The notes: generated by a model not told the origin, from the sequence alone. Shown: positions 18,071-27,922, counted from the first letter of the stretch. The stretch: DNA of 44,804 nt from a virus (IMGVR_UViG_3300016474_000107:1-44804), one strand, 5' to 3'. Made by a program: numbers and translations.

Positions 18071-19651
18071 TCAAAAGTTCAGGGGTGGCTTCTCGTCATC
18101 ATTCCCATCAGTCAAGAACCCAAACGGTGTCAACTCCTGCTCAATAGCTTCGATGCGCTGTTGATACATAATTTCACGAAGGTTTACGTTATTTAGGTCT
18201 TTGAAATATGGGTTAGTTGTGAGCCATGCGAACAAAACGCACGTCATAACCAAGTCATCGTGATAGCCATCGTCCGCTGCATATGACCCTTTAGACTCGA
18301 TGAAAGTCGAGATTTCAGAGATAATCTCAGCGTCTGGCAGTAGGAGTTTCTTCTCCTCAACCAGAGACTTGAAGTTGTGACAGCCAATACGCTTAACACG
18401 TTTATCAGTCATAACGCCAAGTTGAGTCTTACCACCACCAAAACCGCCAGAAACAGTCTGCATTCCAGTAGTTCTGTTTACAAATAGGATGTTCTCGTAC
18501 TCAAGTTCAGAGTATAGGATGTACGGAACCTGTTCACTAGCATTCATTTCCACAAGGACGAATGCCTGATTATATTGATTTCCAACCGTATAGATTACGT
18601 TCGGGTACAGCAGTGGGCTAATTGTGTTGTTTCTGTACTTACCCACCAGTTTGTACGGAACTTCAGTAATGTCAATGATAACGAATGCGGAGTAGTCGCC
18701 TTCTACGCCCATGGCAGTGTCGGCAACAATAACGTATGTATGACCACGCTGTGGCTTCTCATAGATATCCAACCCATCTTTAGAGTGGATCGGATTGTTG
18801 AACGACATAGAAGCAATGACGTCAGCGTTGATCAGAGTCAGGCTAGAACCAAGGAACTTACAAAGAACCTCTTGGTTGTATTTAAGATCGCCAAGCATAC
18901 GCTTCTGTTCTTCAGCCCACTTCTCATCACGACCTGGAATTTTCCAATAAGGAATGAACAGAGGCACGAAACCATTACGATCATTCTCAGCATCGTTCCA
19001 GAATTTCCAGAAGTGATTGTAACCAAGTGGAGTAGAACTCAACAGAATCTTGGTTGTCTCACCTGCAGAAATTGTAGGATAAACAGAAGTGAAGAACTGT
19101 TCAGCAACGGTGTTTGGGATGATCGCAGCTTCGTCGACGTATAGCAAGTTAACAGACTTACCACGAATACCAGAAGCAGTAGTTGCTGCAGTGAATACTT
19201 TTGATCCGTTTTCTAGTTCGATATCACCCTTGTTCCAAGTAGTAACACCTTGTTGCATCCATTTTGGTAGACACTCATACATTGTTTGATAACGGTCAAG
19301 AACTTCACGAGCAGCAGAGGCTTTGTTAGCCAAAATCGCTACTTGCTTGTTGTCTTGGAATAGTGTGTACCAAAGAATATATGCAGCAGAAGTGGTGGTC
19401 TTACCTTGCTGACGACCTTCCATAAGAATCACTTTACGATTCTCGTGGATAACTTTTACCTTCTCACGCTGGCAATCATATAATTTGAATTGAACAAGAC
19501 CGTGATCAAGAGAAACAATGTAACAATAGTTCTCAATGAAGTAGATAGGGTCAGCTGCGCACTTCAGATACTCCTCGACTTGCTCGGGAGTAAATTCAAT
19601 CGTAACACCAGCAGCTTTTAAGTTCGCATTCGAATTATATACTTGAGCCAT
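18071..19651 (-). CDS. gp17: Terminase large subunit
   Basis: GRQQGKTT Walker A, ILANK, LLYVDEAA Walker B, SSTP.G.NHF, HDDLVM nuclease motif. Confidence 0.98.
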   Translation of the reverse strand: MAQVYNSNANLKAAGVTIEFTPEQVEEYLKCAADPIYFIENYCYIVSLDHGLVQFKLYDCQREKVKVIHENRKVILMEGRQQGKTTTSAAYILWYTLFQDNKQVAILANKASAAREVLDRYQTMYECLPKWMQQGVTTWNKGDIELENGSKVFTAATTASGIRGKSVNLLYVDEAAIIPNTVAEQFFTSVYPTISAGETTKILLSSTPLGYNHFWKFWNDAENDRNGFVPLFIPYWKIPGRDEKWAEEQKRMLGDLKYNQEVLCKFLGSSLTLINADVIASMSFNNPIHSKDGLDIYEKPQRGHTYVIVADTAMGVEGDYSAFVIIDITEVPYKLVGKYRNNTISPLLYPNVIYTVGNQYNQAFVLVEMNASEQVPYILYSELEYENILFVNRTTGMQTVSGGFGGGKTQLGVMTDKRVKRIGCHNFKSLVEEKKLLLPDAEIISEISTFIESKGSYAADDGYHDDLVMTCVLFAWLTTNPYFKDLNNVNLREIMYQQRIEAIEQELTPFGFLTDGNDDEKPPLNF

Positions 19652-19654
19652 ACT

Positions 19655-20398
19655 TTAGAAGTTGTCTTCCCAATTCTCACCAGTAACAGTTGCAGTAGTA
19701 ACATCGCCAGTCGCTGTATAAATGCGATTTGGTTCTGTGATTTCTTTGAAGCCAACATTTGCGTTGACAGTCTGAATAACACCTTGACCAGAAACTGGTC
19801 CAAACATGTTAGTCTTTAGAGTGAAGTTCAACGTGTGCGTGACGAAACGACGAGTCTGGAAATCTCCATCATACTCATCCGCTACGCTAACGCTATTTAG
19901 AATTACAGGAACATCTTGAACTACGTTCATCTCAGGGACTACTTTAACAGGTAGGTTATACTCTGGAGTGAAGGTAGGAAGAATCTGTTCAAGAATCTGT
20001 AGACCGTCTTCTTGAGTTTTAGTTAGAATGTACAAAGCAATTTCAATGTTGTATGGGACTGGAGTGTACATAAAGTTCTTAGAGGCAGAACCATCACCAC
20101 ACTCAATTTTCTGCATACGGTTTAGCTTACGTTGTGCGTCGTAGCTGTAACCAAGAATCTCAAATGACATTCTTGGTAGCGAAGTATAGGTATAGTTCTC
20201 TAAGGTTGGGTCAGAATCAATACGAACGATCCACTTTTCCTTTGGAGCATATGCCAATGGGACTTGAATGCGTTGAATTGTTGTACCAGTTACAGAGTCG
20301 CCTTGTTTGCGGTCAATGTAAATGTCGCTGAATAAACGACCGAAAGAAACGATGGTCTTACGAATAATCCCGTGATAGAATACGTTGTTGTTTAACAA
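19655..20398 (-). CDS. gp15: Tail sheath stabiliser and completion protein
   Basis: FYH..IRK....FG.LF, VPLAYAPKEK, LPRMSFE, QILEQILP.F.P; TTG start with SD GGAG. Confidence 0.95.
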   Translation of the reverse strand: MLNNNVFYHGIIRKTIVSFGRLFSDIYIDRKQGDSVTGTTIQRIQVPLAYAPKEKWIVRIDSDPTLENYTYTSLPRMSFEILGYSYDAQRKLNRMQKIECGDGSASKNFMYTPVPYNIEIALYILTKTQEDGLQILEQILPTFTPEYNLPVKVVPEMNVVQDVPVILNSVSVADEYDGDFQTRRFVTHTLNFTLKTNMFGPVSGQGVIQTVNANVGFKEITEPNRIYTATGDVTTATVTGENWEDNF

Positions 20399-20399
20399 G

Positions 20400-21317
20400 T
20401 TAGTCTCCTAGATCGCCGAACGGATTATTCTCATTAAAGATGATGTCAGCAGCTTCTTCTTTGAACTTGTTGTTATCACCGAAAGAGTCTGGCTTATCGA
20501 TATTAGCTTCAATGATTGCTTCTGCTGCTGCATTAATACCACCACCGCCGATGAATGAGATAGTTGGCGGTACTTGGTATCCAGTTCCTGGATTTGTTAC
20601 ATTAACCGCAACAACCTTGCCTGCGTTAGTTCCAGTGCCAAGAACAGCAGTTGCTGCTGCACCAGTTCCAGCAGAACTCAAGAATGTTACAGTTGGAACA
20701 GAAGTGTAACCAGAACCGTTGTTAGTCATTCGGATAGAAGTAACTTCACCATAACGGTTACGTGTAGTATTAGTGCTGAATGTCTTAAGAGATTCAAATG
20801 CGTCAACTTCTCTAACGCCAGTATCGATACGCTCAGAAGCGTACTGGAACAGTTCAACTTGTAGCTTGTATACGTATAACTGACCAAGTTGATAGAATGG
20901 GTCTTGATGTGATACAAACTTAATCTCAAACAGAGACTTAGTCATCGGGAAGTAAATCAGATCGCCTTCGTTTGGACGAGTTGGTACAGTAGTGACGCCA
21001 TAGCGTCCAACAAACTGCTCCCAACGACGACGAGCAACAACCAGCGTTGCTGATTGCTCAATCATCAAACCAAACTTCTGGATAAATGCACCTTGTCCGC
21101 CATAGCTGTCAATGTTCTCAAAGTACATTTCAATAGGGAATGCTGTCTTGAATTCACTCAGACGGTCTTCACCCAAGATCTCATCTTTAGAAACCAGAGT
21201 TCTTGGAATGTAGAAAACTTCTTTGCCGTATATACGCAGAGACTCGATGATAAGATCCTCTACGAGCATCTGCTCGGTACGAGTACCTTGTGTAAAATAT
21301 ACGTTAGTTGTAGTCAT
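20400..21317 (-). CDS. gp14: Neck protein (head completion) with two inserted G.GY repeats
   Basis: EQ.LVEDLIIESL.IYG, YIPR, RPNEGDLIYFP, PFYQLG, NPFG C-terminus. Confidence 0.95.
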   Translation of the reverse strand: MTTTNVYFTQGTRTEQMLVEDLIIESLRIYGKEVFYIPRTLVSKDEILGEDRLSEFKTAFPIEMYFENIDSYGGQGAFIQKFGLMIEQSATLVVARRRWEQFVGRYGVTTVPTRPNEGDLIYFPMTKSLFEIKFVSHQDPFYQLGQLYVYKLQVELFQYASERIDTGVREVDAFESLKTFSTNTTRNRYGEVTSIRMTNNGSGYTSVPTVTFLSSAGTGAAATAVLGTGTNAGKVVAVNVTNPGTGYQVPPTISFIGGGGINAAAEAIIEANIDKPDSFGDNNKFKEEAADIIFNENNPFGDLGD

Positions 21318-21319
21318 TA

Positions 21320-22276
21320 TTATCCTAGGAAGAACTCAAGAGGAGCAGCTTTAGTGATTAGCTCGTCTTCAAGATCTTTAACTTCACCAGTTGCTTCGTC
21401 ATACAGTTTATCACCATCAAGTGTAACACCACCTGGAAGTTGAATGCCAGAGAATTTCTTAATATTGACTGCCCACTGCTTCTTAAACAGGGCAGTAACG
21501 TAGTGTTTCAACCAAGCATCGTCCCAAACTTTAGCGTTCTCCGCTGGGTCAAGTGCACGGTAGCACTCAACGACAACAAAGTCGCCAAGAGCCAAGTCAG
21601 TGTCCCAGTTGATGTCTAAGAATAGTTTAGACTGACGACGGTTAAAGCGATATAGCGGATGTCCGTTCAACTCTAAGTCTAGCAGAGCCAAGTGAGACAT
21701 AACAGTCTTATAGTAAATGATACTTGTAGAAGTTAGATCGTACAAGTCGTTTAGACGTAGTTGATACTGCAAGTCAAAAATGTTCTTAGAAGAAGACGCT
21801 TGACTGAATGGTAGAACACGAGTGATACCGTAAACAAGATCTGGAACCTCAACGTATTTCTTATCGTAAGTTCCAAGAACTAAGCTGTCCAACAACGCAG
21901 TTACGTTAGAAGATGTCCCAGTGATAGTATCACCACCAGCAAACGTACCTTTTACGTTGCGTAGTAGAAGTTTAGTTCCAGAAGATTGTCTATTGATTTC
22001 TTTAGCAACTTGTGCTGTACCACCAGAACTGCTAGTGACACGCTCGCCCAACATAAAGTTAGAAGCTACAGAAGTTGTAAGGTTGGCTTCAGATGCAGTG
22101 ATCTGAAACTTCATGTATAGTTTTTCGATACCGTCTGGGTGGTATTGTCTCCAATACTCCAAGGCTTCATCAATACGATCTTCCAGTTGATCGTCGTCAG
22201 CATTGATTTCAACAACAGGATGACCTAGTGCTCTTAGGCAGTACTGCTTTAGTTGTTCTCTAGATGTAGTTGCCAT
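21320..22276 (-). CDS. gp13: Neck protein with an inserted beta domain
   Basis: L..YCLR.LG.PV.EIN.DD.Q..DRIDEAL, W.K.Y.TAL.K.QW, LPGGVTLDG motifs. Confidence 0.95.
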   Translation of the reverse strand: MATTSREQLKQYCLRALGHPVVEINADDDQLEDRIDEALEYWRQYHPDGIEKLYMKFQITASEANLTTSVASNFMLGERVTSSSGGTAQVAKEINRQSSGTKLLLRNVKGTFAGGDTITGTSSNVTALLDSLVLGTYDKKYVEVPDLVYGITRVLPFSQASSSKNIFDLQYQLRLNDLYDLTSTSIIYYKTVMSHLALLDLELNGHPLYRFNRRQSKLFLDINWDTDLALGDFVVVECYRALDPAENAKVWDDAWLKHYVTALFKKQWAVNIKKFSGIQLPGGVTLDGDKLYDEATGEVKDLEDELITKAAPLEFFLG

Positions 22277-22284
22277 AGGTATCC

Positions 22285-24444
22285 TTATACAATTGTCCAG
22301 ACAGATCCGTTTGGAATAGTTACTGTCACGTTATTGTTGATGGTTATTGGTCCAGCTGTCATAGCATTGTAGTTTGACGGAATGCTAAAGTTTGCCGCAA
22401 TCGTGTTTGCATTCATAAAGAATGGTGCGTTTGACGTTGCTGTTACTCCAGCAGTAGTTGTTACGCCACTGAACGAAGGCGCTGCTGTAGTTCTAAGGTC
22501 TTGTGGTGTACTAATGGTAGCAGTGCTGCCAGATACAGAAGTGGTAACACCATTACTAGAGGCAAAAGTGAGAGTGCCACCACCAGCAACAGAACCAGTA
22601 CCAGAAGTACCTGCCAGAGAAATAGTAGTAGAAACTGAAGTTGTAGAAGCTGCAGTTACACGACCATATGTGTCAACTGTGATAACAGGAATAGCAGTGG
22701 AACCACCATAAGAACCAGCAGTTACGCCAGAAGTTGCTAGCGCAATAGTTACCGCAGATGAACCGTTATATGATGTTCCAGTTAATCCAGTGCTGATAGT
22801 AAGAGCGTTTAAGTTACTACCAAGAGCAACTCCAGAAATTGTTGAGTTCGCTAGTTTTGAGTTGGCTATAGAACCAGCCAACATCGTATTGGTAACAGTA
22901 CCAGAGTCGCCAGTTGTAACAACAGTACCAGTTGTAGCTGGTAGAGTTAGTACAGTGCCAGTTCCAGCAGCTGCAGTAGGAACAATCTGTACTGAACCAG
23001 AAGTAGAGCCTGGAAGAGTTACAGAAGAAATACCAGTCAATGCTAGATTTGCAGAGGCACGGTTGAGAGCAACCGCAGTAGTACCAATGTAAGCAGTAGA
23101 GTTACCGAGAACAGCTGATGGAATAGTACCAGTTAGATTACCAGCAGTCAGGTTTGTTAGGTTGGCACCAGAAACTGCGCCGAATGATGCAGACCAAGTA
23201 CCAGAAGTAACAGTACCAACGCTAGTTAAAGAAGAAGCAGTAACACCAGAACCAAGAGTAGTACCAGAAAGTACAGCCGTGCCGTTAATCTCAAAAACTT
23301 TACCAGAAGCTAAGTTTAAGTCTTCTGAAGATGTCCACGCTCCAGTAGCTGATTGCCACAAGAATGTCTTATTAGTAGCACCCTTCAGAAGAATACCACC
23401 ACCATTAGCAGTAGTATCAGTTGGAGTGGCTACATCACCTAGTTCTAAAACAATATCATCAACAGTGATAGTTGTTGAGTTGATAGTGGTGGTTGTACCA
23501 TTAACAACCAAGTTACCAGTTACAGTTAAGCTGTTGTTAACTGTCGTAGTGCCAGTAGAAGCACCAATAGAAAGTGTAGTAGCAGCACCGAATGCGTTGA
23601 TAGTAGTCGCAGTGGTATTGAATACGTTGAATGATGTAGAACCAGTCAATACGCTAGTTGTAAATGATGGGCTAGTACCAAATACTAGAGAACCACTACC
23701 AGTCTCGTCAGAAACCGCAGAAGCAATTTGAGCAGATGTAGCAGTTAGCGTGTTATTTGCTAGGTTAATTGTTTTGTTGGTTAGTGTTTGCGTAGCAGCA
23801 ATACCAGCAAGAGTATCAGTTACCGCAGGTAGAGTAAGAACGCCAGAAGCAGCAGCAGTTGCTTGAACACGAGTAGTTCCAGAAGTAGAACCTGCGAAGT
23901 CAATCGGAGTATTAGTTAGTAGTCGTGTATAATTCCATCCACCTTGCTTTGCTGCAGCAGTTCCAGCAGCAGTCTCAGCGTAGAACTCAAGTTCACCGTT
24001 AGATGCGCCAGAAGAAGTCTCAGCGATGATGTACGTGAAACCATCAACAGACTTCACACCACCAAGTGATGACCACGCTGTACCGTTATAACCTTCGAAA
24101 GAAGTTAGTGAAGAGTTGAAACGAATCTGACCAGTAGCAGCTGTTGGACGTTGAGCAGTAGTACCAACTGGAATAGTGAGCGCAGTAGTTGCGCTTAGAG
24201 TAATAGATCCAGAAAGTGTAGCGTCCCCAGCGAACGTACCAGAAAGAGTGCCGCTAGAGAGAGTTTTATTTGTTAGGGTTTCTGTTCCAGCTAGAGTCGC
24301 TAGAGTGCCAGAAGCAGTAGGTAGAACTAACGTAGCACCATTATTATAGATGCTGTTACCAGTCAGGTCAATGTTGTCGCCTGATGGAAGTTCTTTAATG
24401 TTTAAGTTGACTGAGTCAACAATTAACGGGAATCTATTAGCCAT
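22285..24444 (-). CDS. Long fibre protein (719 aa), possibly collar/neck fibre segment
   Basis: Thr/Gly/Ser-rich; P.GTTAQRP...GQIRFN...FEGYNG, TLTNKT and GVTAGSYG...TVD..GR fibre motifs; C-terminal NAMTAGP...WTIV domain. Confidence 0.85.
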   Translation of the reverse strand: MANRFPLIVDSVNLNIKELPSGDNIDLTGNSIYNNGATLVLPTASGTLATLAGTETLTNKTLSSGTLSGTFAGDATLSGSITLSATTALTIPVGTTAQRPTAATGQIRFNSSLTSFEGYNGTAWSSLGGVKSVDGFTYIIAETSSGASNGELEFYAETAAGTAAAKQGGWNYTRLLTNTPIDFAGSTSGTTRVQATAAASGVLTLPAVTDTLAGIAATQTLTNKTINLANNTLTATSAQIASAVSDETGSGSLVFGTSPSFTTSVLTGSTSFNVFNTTATTINAFGAATTLSIGASTGTTTVNNSLTVTGNLVVNGTTTTINSTTITVDDIVLELGDVATPTDTTANGGGILLKGATNKTFLWQSATGAWTSSEDLNLASGKVFEINGTAVLSGTTLGSGVTASSLTSVGTVTSGTWSASFGAVSGANLTNLTAGNLTGTIPSAVLGNSTAYIGTTAVALNRASANLALTGISSVTLPGSTSGSVQIVPTAAAGTGTVLTLPATTGTVVTTGDSGTVTNTMLAGSIANSKLANSTISGVALGSNLNALTISTGLTGTSYNGSSAVTIALATSGVTAGSYGGSTAIPVITVDTYGRVTAASTTSVSTTISLAGTSGTGSVAGGGTLTFASSNGVTTSVSGSTATISTPQDLRTTAAPSFSGVTTTAGVTATSNAPFFMNANTIAANFSIPSNYNAMTAGPITINNNVTVTIPNGSVWTIV

Positions 24445-24453
24445 CTATTATCC

Positions 24454-24717
24454 TTAAATTGGTACGCTTACGTTTCCGCTTCTAGCAGCAACTACTAGGT
24501 TTCCACCAGAAACAACAATTGAAACTGGATTGGCTCTAGTTGACACTACTAAAGTTCCACCGCCAGCGCCACCAATCGACATAATGTTGTTTGCCGAATT
24601 CTTATAATATAGTTTTCCGTCAGCATAATTGATAGCCAACTCTCCATAATCCAGATCACTGGATACTGGGATTTTTCCGCCGACTGCGGATTTTTTGAGG
24701 ATAATTTTATTAGCCAT
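24454..24717 (-). CDS. Small fibre connector (87 aa) with gp37-N-terminal-like GELAIN motif
   Basis: IILKKS..GKIP...L.YGELAINYADGKLYYK resembles the N-terminus of T4 long tail fibre gp37. Confidence 0.75.
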   Translation of the reverse strand: MANKIILKKSAVGGKIPVSSDLDYGELAINYADGKLYYKNSANNIMSIGGAGGGTLVVSTRANPVSIVVSGGNLVVAARSGNVSVPI

Positions 24718-24722
24718 TACAA

Positions 24723-24791
24723 TTCCTATTGAGGAAAACGATAAGCAGTAAAAACTGCTAGAGGGGAACTCTCGCTCCCCTCTTATTTATT
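24723..24791 (-). promoter_or_regulatory. Late promoter AATAAATA (24784-24791) followed by three tandem hairpins
   Basis: RNA AGAGGGGAGC-GAGA-GUUCCCCUCU, AGCAGU-UUUU-ACUGCU, UUCCU-CAAU-AGGAA; the last covers the SD. Confidence 0.65.
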
Positions 24792-24797
24792 CACATC

Positions 24798-27317
24798 TTA
24801 GTAAGTGCCACCGTCGATGTTGAAACCATCAAGAGTAGAAGTTCCAGCACCAGCACCAGTCAAGTTAGCAGATAGAGTTACGTTACCAGTAACACCAAGA
24901 GTACTAGACAGAGTAGTCGCACCAGTAACACCAAAGGTGCCACCAACAGTAGCGTTGCTAGTGACAGCAAGAGTAGAACTTAGAGTCGTTGCGCCAGTGA
25001 CACCAAGAGTACCACCAACTGTTACGTTACCAGTGAAAGCACCAGTGGAACCGCTAAAGCTAGAAGAAGTGATGGTCTTGTTGCTTAGAGTTTCAGCGCC
25101 AGCTAGAGTCGCTAGAGTACCAGTAGTTGGTAGAGTTACGTTAGTAGCGCCAGTAACAGTCAGAGTGGTAGCAAAAGCACCGCTAGTTGTTAGGTTGCCA
25201 CCAAGAGTGATAGTCTTAGTGCCATTGTTTACGCCAGTACCACCGTAAGTTGGGCTAACGACAGTACCTTGCCAAGTACCAGTACCGATAGTACCCAGAG
25301 TAGTGATAGAAGTCTGACCAACGTAAGTAGAAGCAATGTCAATACTATCAGCGTTGACAGTAATGCGGTTAGCAGTACCAACGATGTCTAGAACACCAGA
25401 AGTGTAAGTCAGACCAGCACCAGCAACACCAGCCTTCAATTGAAGAGCGTCGGAAACAATTTCAATACCGCCAGCAGCTGCTACGTTTACTTCTAGAGTG
25501 TAGCCATTCTTGCTTAGACCACTACCAGCAATTAGAGTGCCAGAGCTAGAAAATAGAGTGAAATCTAGAGCAGTAGTACCTAGAGTAATTGGATCGTTAG
25601 TAGTTAGAACGAAACCGCAGTCAGCGTTGACAGTACCAGACTCAACGAAACAGAACATACCGCTAGTAACTTCACCACCTGGATTGTTATCAGCGTCAGG
25701 CGCACGAGTCCAAGCAGTAGCAGAAACAACGTAAATACCGTTCTGAGAAGCAGTAGTCTGATCTTTAACCAGAACACGATCGCCAACAGAAAGCGCAACG
25801 CCATCGATAGTCTGAGTGTTGCTTAGGGTGATGTTGGCAGTAGTAGCTGCACGGACAGATCCCTTAACGTCTAGACCAGAACGAGCAGCGTCGACGTAGT
25901 ACTTGGTAGCAGCATCAGAGTCAGCAGTTGGCTCAGCAAGGTTTGTGATCTTGTGAGCGTTCATGTCGATGACGTTGCCGAAAGTAGCAACGCCAGTTAC
26001 GCCAAGAGTACCGCCAACAGTAGTGTTACCAGTTACGGCTAGAGTAGAACTTAGGGTTGTAGCACCAGTAACTCCTAGAGTACCAGCAATAGCAGTATTA
26101 CCAGTAGCAGCAGTTACGTTGAACTTGTTAGTGTTAACAGAAAGATCGTTTGTAACAGCAAGAGTGCTAGAAAGAGTAGTAGCACCAGTTACACCGAATG
26201 TTCCACCAACAGTAGTATTGCCTGAAACACCAAGAGTGCCAGCAACAGTAGTGTTACCAGAAGTAGCGTTAACAGTAAACTTGTTAGTATTAACAGCGAA
26301 GTCGCCAGCAACACCAAGAGTAGAACTTAGAGTAACCGCACCAGTTACGCCCAGAGTGCTTGAAAGAGTAGTGGCTCCTGTAACACCTAGAGTTCCACCG
26401 ATAGTAGTGTTACCAGTTACGCCCAGTGAAGACAGACCAGCTAGGCTTGCTGTTGTAGAACCAAGTGTTAGAGTAGAAGAACCAAGAGTGATGCTCTTAG
26501 CAGAAACAGCACCAGCAGTTACAGTGAAGTGGTTAGTGTCAAAAGACGCAACACCCTTATTAGTAGTGCTTGCATCTTCAGCAGAGATTGTTAGAGTATT
26601 TGCTGTAACAGCAGTATCAATACCCTCACCACCAACAATAGCTAGTGTTTCGCTTAGAAGAGAGATACCATCAGATCCAGTATCGCCAGTGATGTTTAGA
26701 GTAGTCGCTACGTTTGCGCTACCTGCTGCAGTTAGACGACCCTTGCTGTCAACAGTGAATGTTGGGATAGAAGTAGCTGAACCATAAGATCCAGCAGTTA
26801 CGCCAGTAGTCTTAAGAGCAAGAGAAGTAGTACCAGCTACGTCGTCGTAAGTAGCATCAATTTCGGTGCTGTCAACGATCTGACCGCCAGTTACGTCTTG
26901 AATGTACTCAGCAAGAGAAGTGCTAGCATCAGTATAGATGTTAGTGATGATAGTCTTACCAGTACCGTTTGGCGTAATCAACAGATCGCCGTTGGTATTG
27001 GTAGTACTTAGTGTGTTGCCATTTAGGTCAAGGTTATCGACCTTTAGGTTGTCCAACTTAGAGTTGGAATCGACAACAAGAGCAGAATCAGCAGTTAGAA
27101 CACCTTTGGTGTGATCCAACATGTCTGTGAAAAACTTACCACCGATAACAATGTGGTTCGCCGCATTACCTGCGGTTTCTGTGCCCATACCAATGTATAG
27201 GCGATCACCACCATTGGAACCATTATCTGTTAACGCAGAATACGCTAACTCACCAGCGCCCAGTACTGCTGGGTTACCACTGACTGACGATCTTTTAATT
27301 CTAATAATTGACGCCAT
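24798..27317 (-). CDS. Long fibre protein (839 aa) with beta-helix-like GTLGVTGATTLSSTL repeats
   Basis: N-terminal IRIKRS...GELAYS; KITNLAEPT..SDAATKYYVD neck motif; VRAATTANITL...GDRVLVKDQT...QNGIY domain; C-terminal IDGGTY. Confidence 0.85.
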   Translation of the reverse strand: MASIIRIKRSSVSGNPAVLGAGELAYSALTDNGSNGGDRLYIGMGTETAGNAANHIVIGGKFFTDMLDHTKGVLTADSALVVDSNSKLDNLKVDNLDLNGNTLSTTNTNGDLLITPNGTGKTIITNIYTDASTSLAEYIQDVTGGQIVDSTEIDATYDDVAGTTSLALKTTGVTAGSYGSATSIPTFTVDSKGRLTAAGSANVATTLNITGDTGSDGISLLSETLAIVGGEGIDTAVTANTLTISAEDASTTNKGVASFDTNHFTVTAGAVSAKSITLGSSTLTLGSTTASLAGLSSLGVTGNTTIGGTLGVTGATTLSSTLGVTGAVTLSSTLGVAGDFAVNTNKFTVNATSGNTTVAGTLGVSGNTTVGGTFGVTGATTLSSTLAVTNDLSVNTNKFNVTAATGNTAIAGTLGVTGATTLSSTLAVTGNTTVGGTLGVTGVATFGNVIDMNAHKITNLAEPTADSDAATKYYVDAARSGLDVKGSVRAATTANITLSNTQTIDGVALSVGDRVLVKDQTTASQNGIYVVSATAWTRAPDADNNPGGEVTSGMFCFVESGTVNADCGFVLTTNDPITLGTTALDFTLFSSSGTLIAGSGLSKNGYTLEVNVAAAGGIEIVSDALQLKAGVAGAGLTYTSGVLDIVGTANRITVNADSIDIASTYVGQTSITTLGTIGTGTWQGTVVSPTYGGTGVNNGTKTITLGGNLTTSGAFATTLTVTGATNVTLPTTGTLATLAGAETLSNKTITSSSFSGSTGAFTGNVTVGGTLGVTGATTLSSTLAVTSNATVGGTFGVTGATTLSSTLGVTGNVTLSANLTGAGAGTSTLDGFNIDGGTY

Positions 27318-27333
27318 CTTTTATTTTCTCCGA

Positions 27334-27585
27334 TTAAAATTCTCCACCTTCCATGTTCTGCGCATCAAGCGTAGTGGTAGATGTCCATTTGTTTGTAGTT
27401 GTTCTAAACACCAGAATTGCACCATTGTTTTTACCGTTCGTGGTAACGTCAATATCACCTACGTTATCCAACGATTCTACAACTGCTGGATTTGTCAGAT
27501 TGGTTGTTGTGGTTACAAGAGTTTCTTGCGCTAGTGTAGCGGTAAACTGAGAACCATCGTCAATTACGACTGTTGTATCTGCCAT
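27334..27585 (-). CDS. Small fibre connector (83 aa)
   Basis: L..VGDIDVT....GAILVF.....KW fibre motif; ends EGGEF. Confidence 0.7.
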   Translation of the reverse strand: MADTTVVIDDGSQFTATLAQETLVTTTTNLTNPAVVESLDNVGDIDVTTNGKNNGAILVFRTTTNKWTSTTTLDAQNMEGGEF

Positions 27586-27586
27586 A

Positions 27587-27922
27587 TTAAATCTGAGTGA
27601 TTTCTGGGGTTACTGTGACGATTCCCTCAACAACTCTGGTTCTGTTACCAGCTGAAGAGGTAATCTCTACGTCATACAGGTATCGACCTGGAGGGATTGC
27701 TCCCGTTTGGGCTGCGGTTAATTCTAACCTGACTTTACCAGCCACCGCATCAAATACGCTGGCTGTGAAATTGTATGCAGTAGTGGAGGTATAAGACTTA
27801 CGGATCTGCGACTTAACTGTGTATCCAGTTAGGTTGAGTGCTCCTGCGCCGTTTGCTGCTACAGTAATGATGTTGCTGTAGTTAGCCCCTGCGTCGATGA
27901 AAATATTAGCAATAGTCGCCAC
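27587..27922 (-). CDS. Virion adaptor protein, BppU-N-like Ig fold (111 aa)
   Basis: NI.ID.GA, LNLTGYT..SQIRKSY, L.LTA.QT, GRYLYDVEI, RVVEG.VTVTP pattern typical of fibre-anchoring proteins; GTG start with SD GGAG. Confidence 0.8.
   Translation of the reverse strand: MATIANIFIDAGANYSNIITVAANGAGALNLTGYTVKSQIRKSYTSTTAYNFTASVFDAVAGKVRLELTAAQTGAIPPGRYLYDVEITSSAGNRTRVVEGIVTVTPEITQI

Noticed and set aside
18575-19144. 189-aa plus-strand ORF inside gp17
   Set aside because: Entirely antisense to a conserved essential gene; no recognisable motif and not gp16-like.
22382-26787. Long plus-strand ORFs (e.g. 23162-23731, 24805-25248, 25963-26787)
   Set aside because: Antisense shadows of Thr/Gly/Val-rich fibre repeats; low-complexity Val/Pro/Thr products with no RBS or promoter context.
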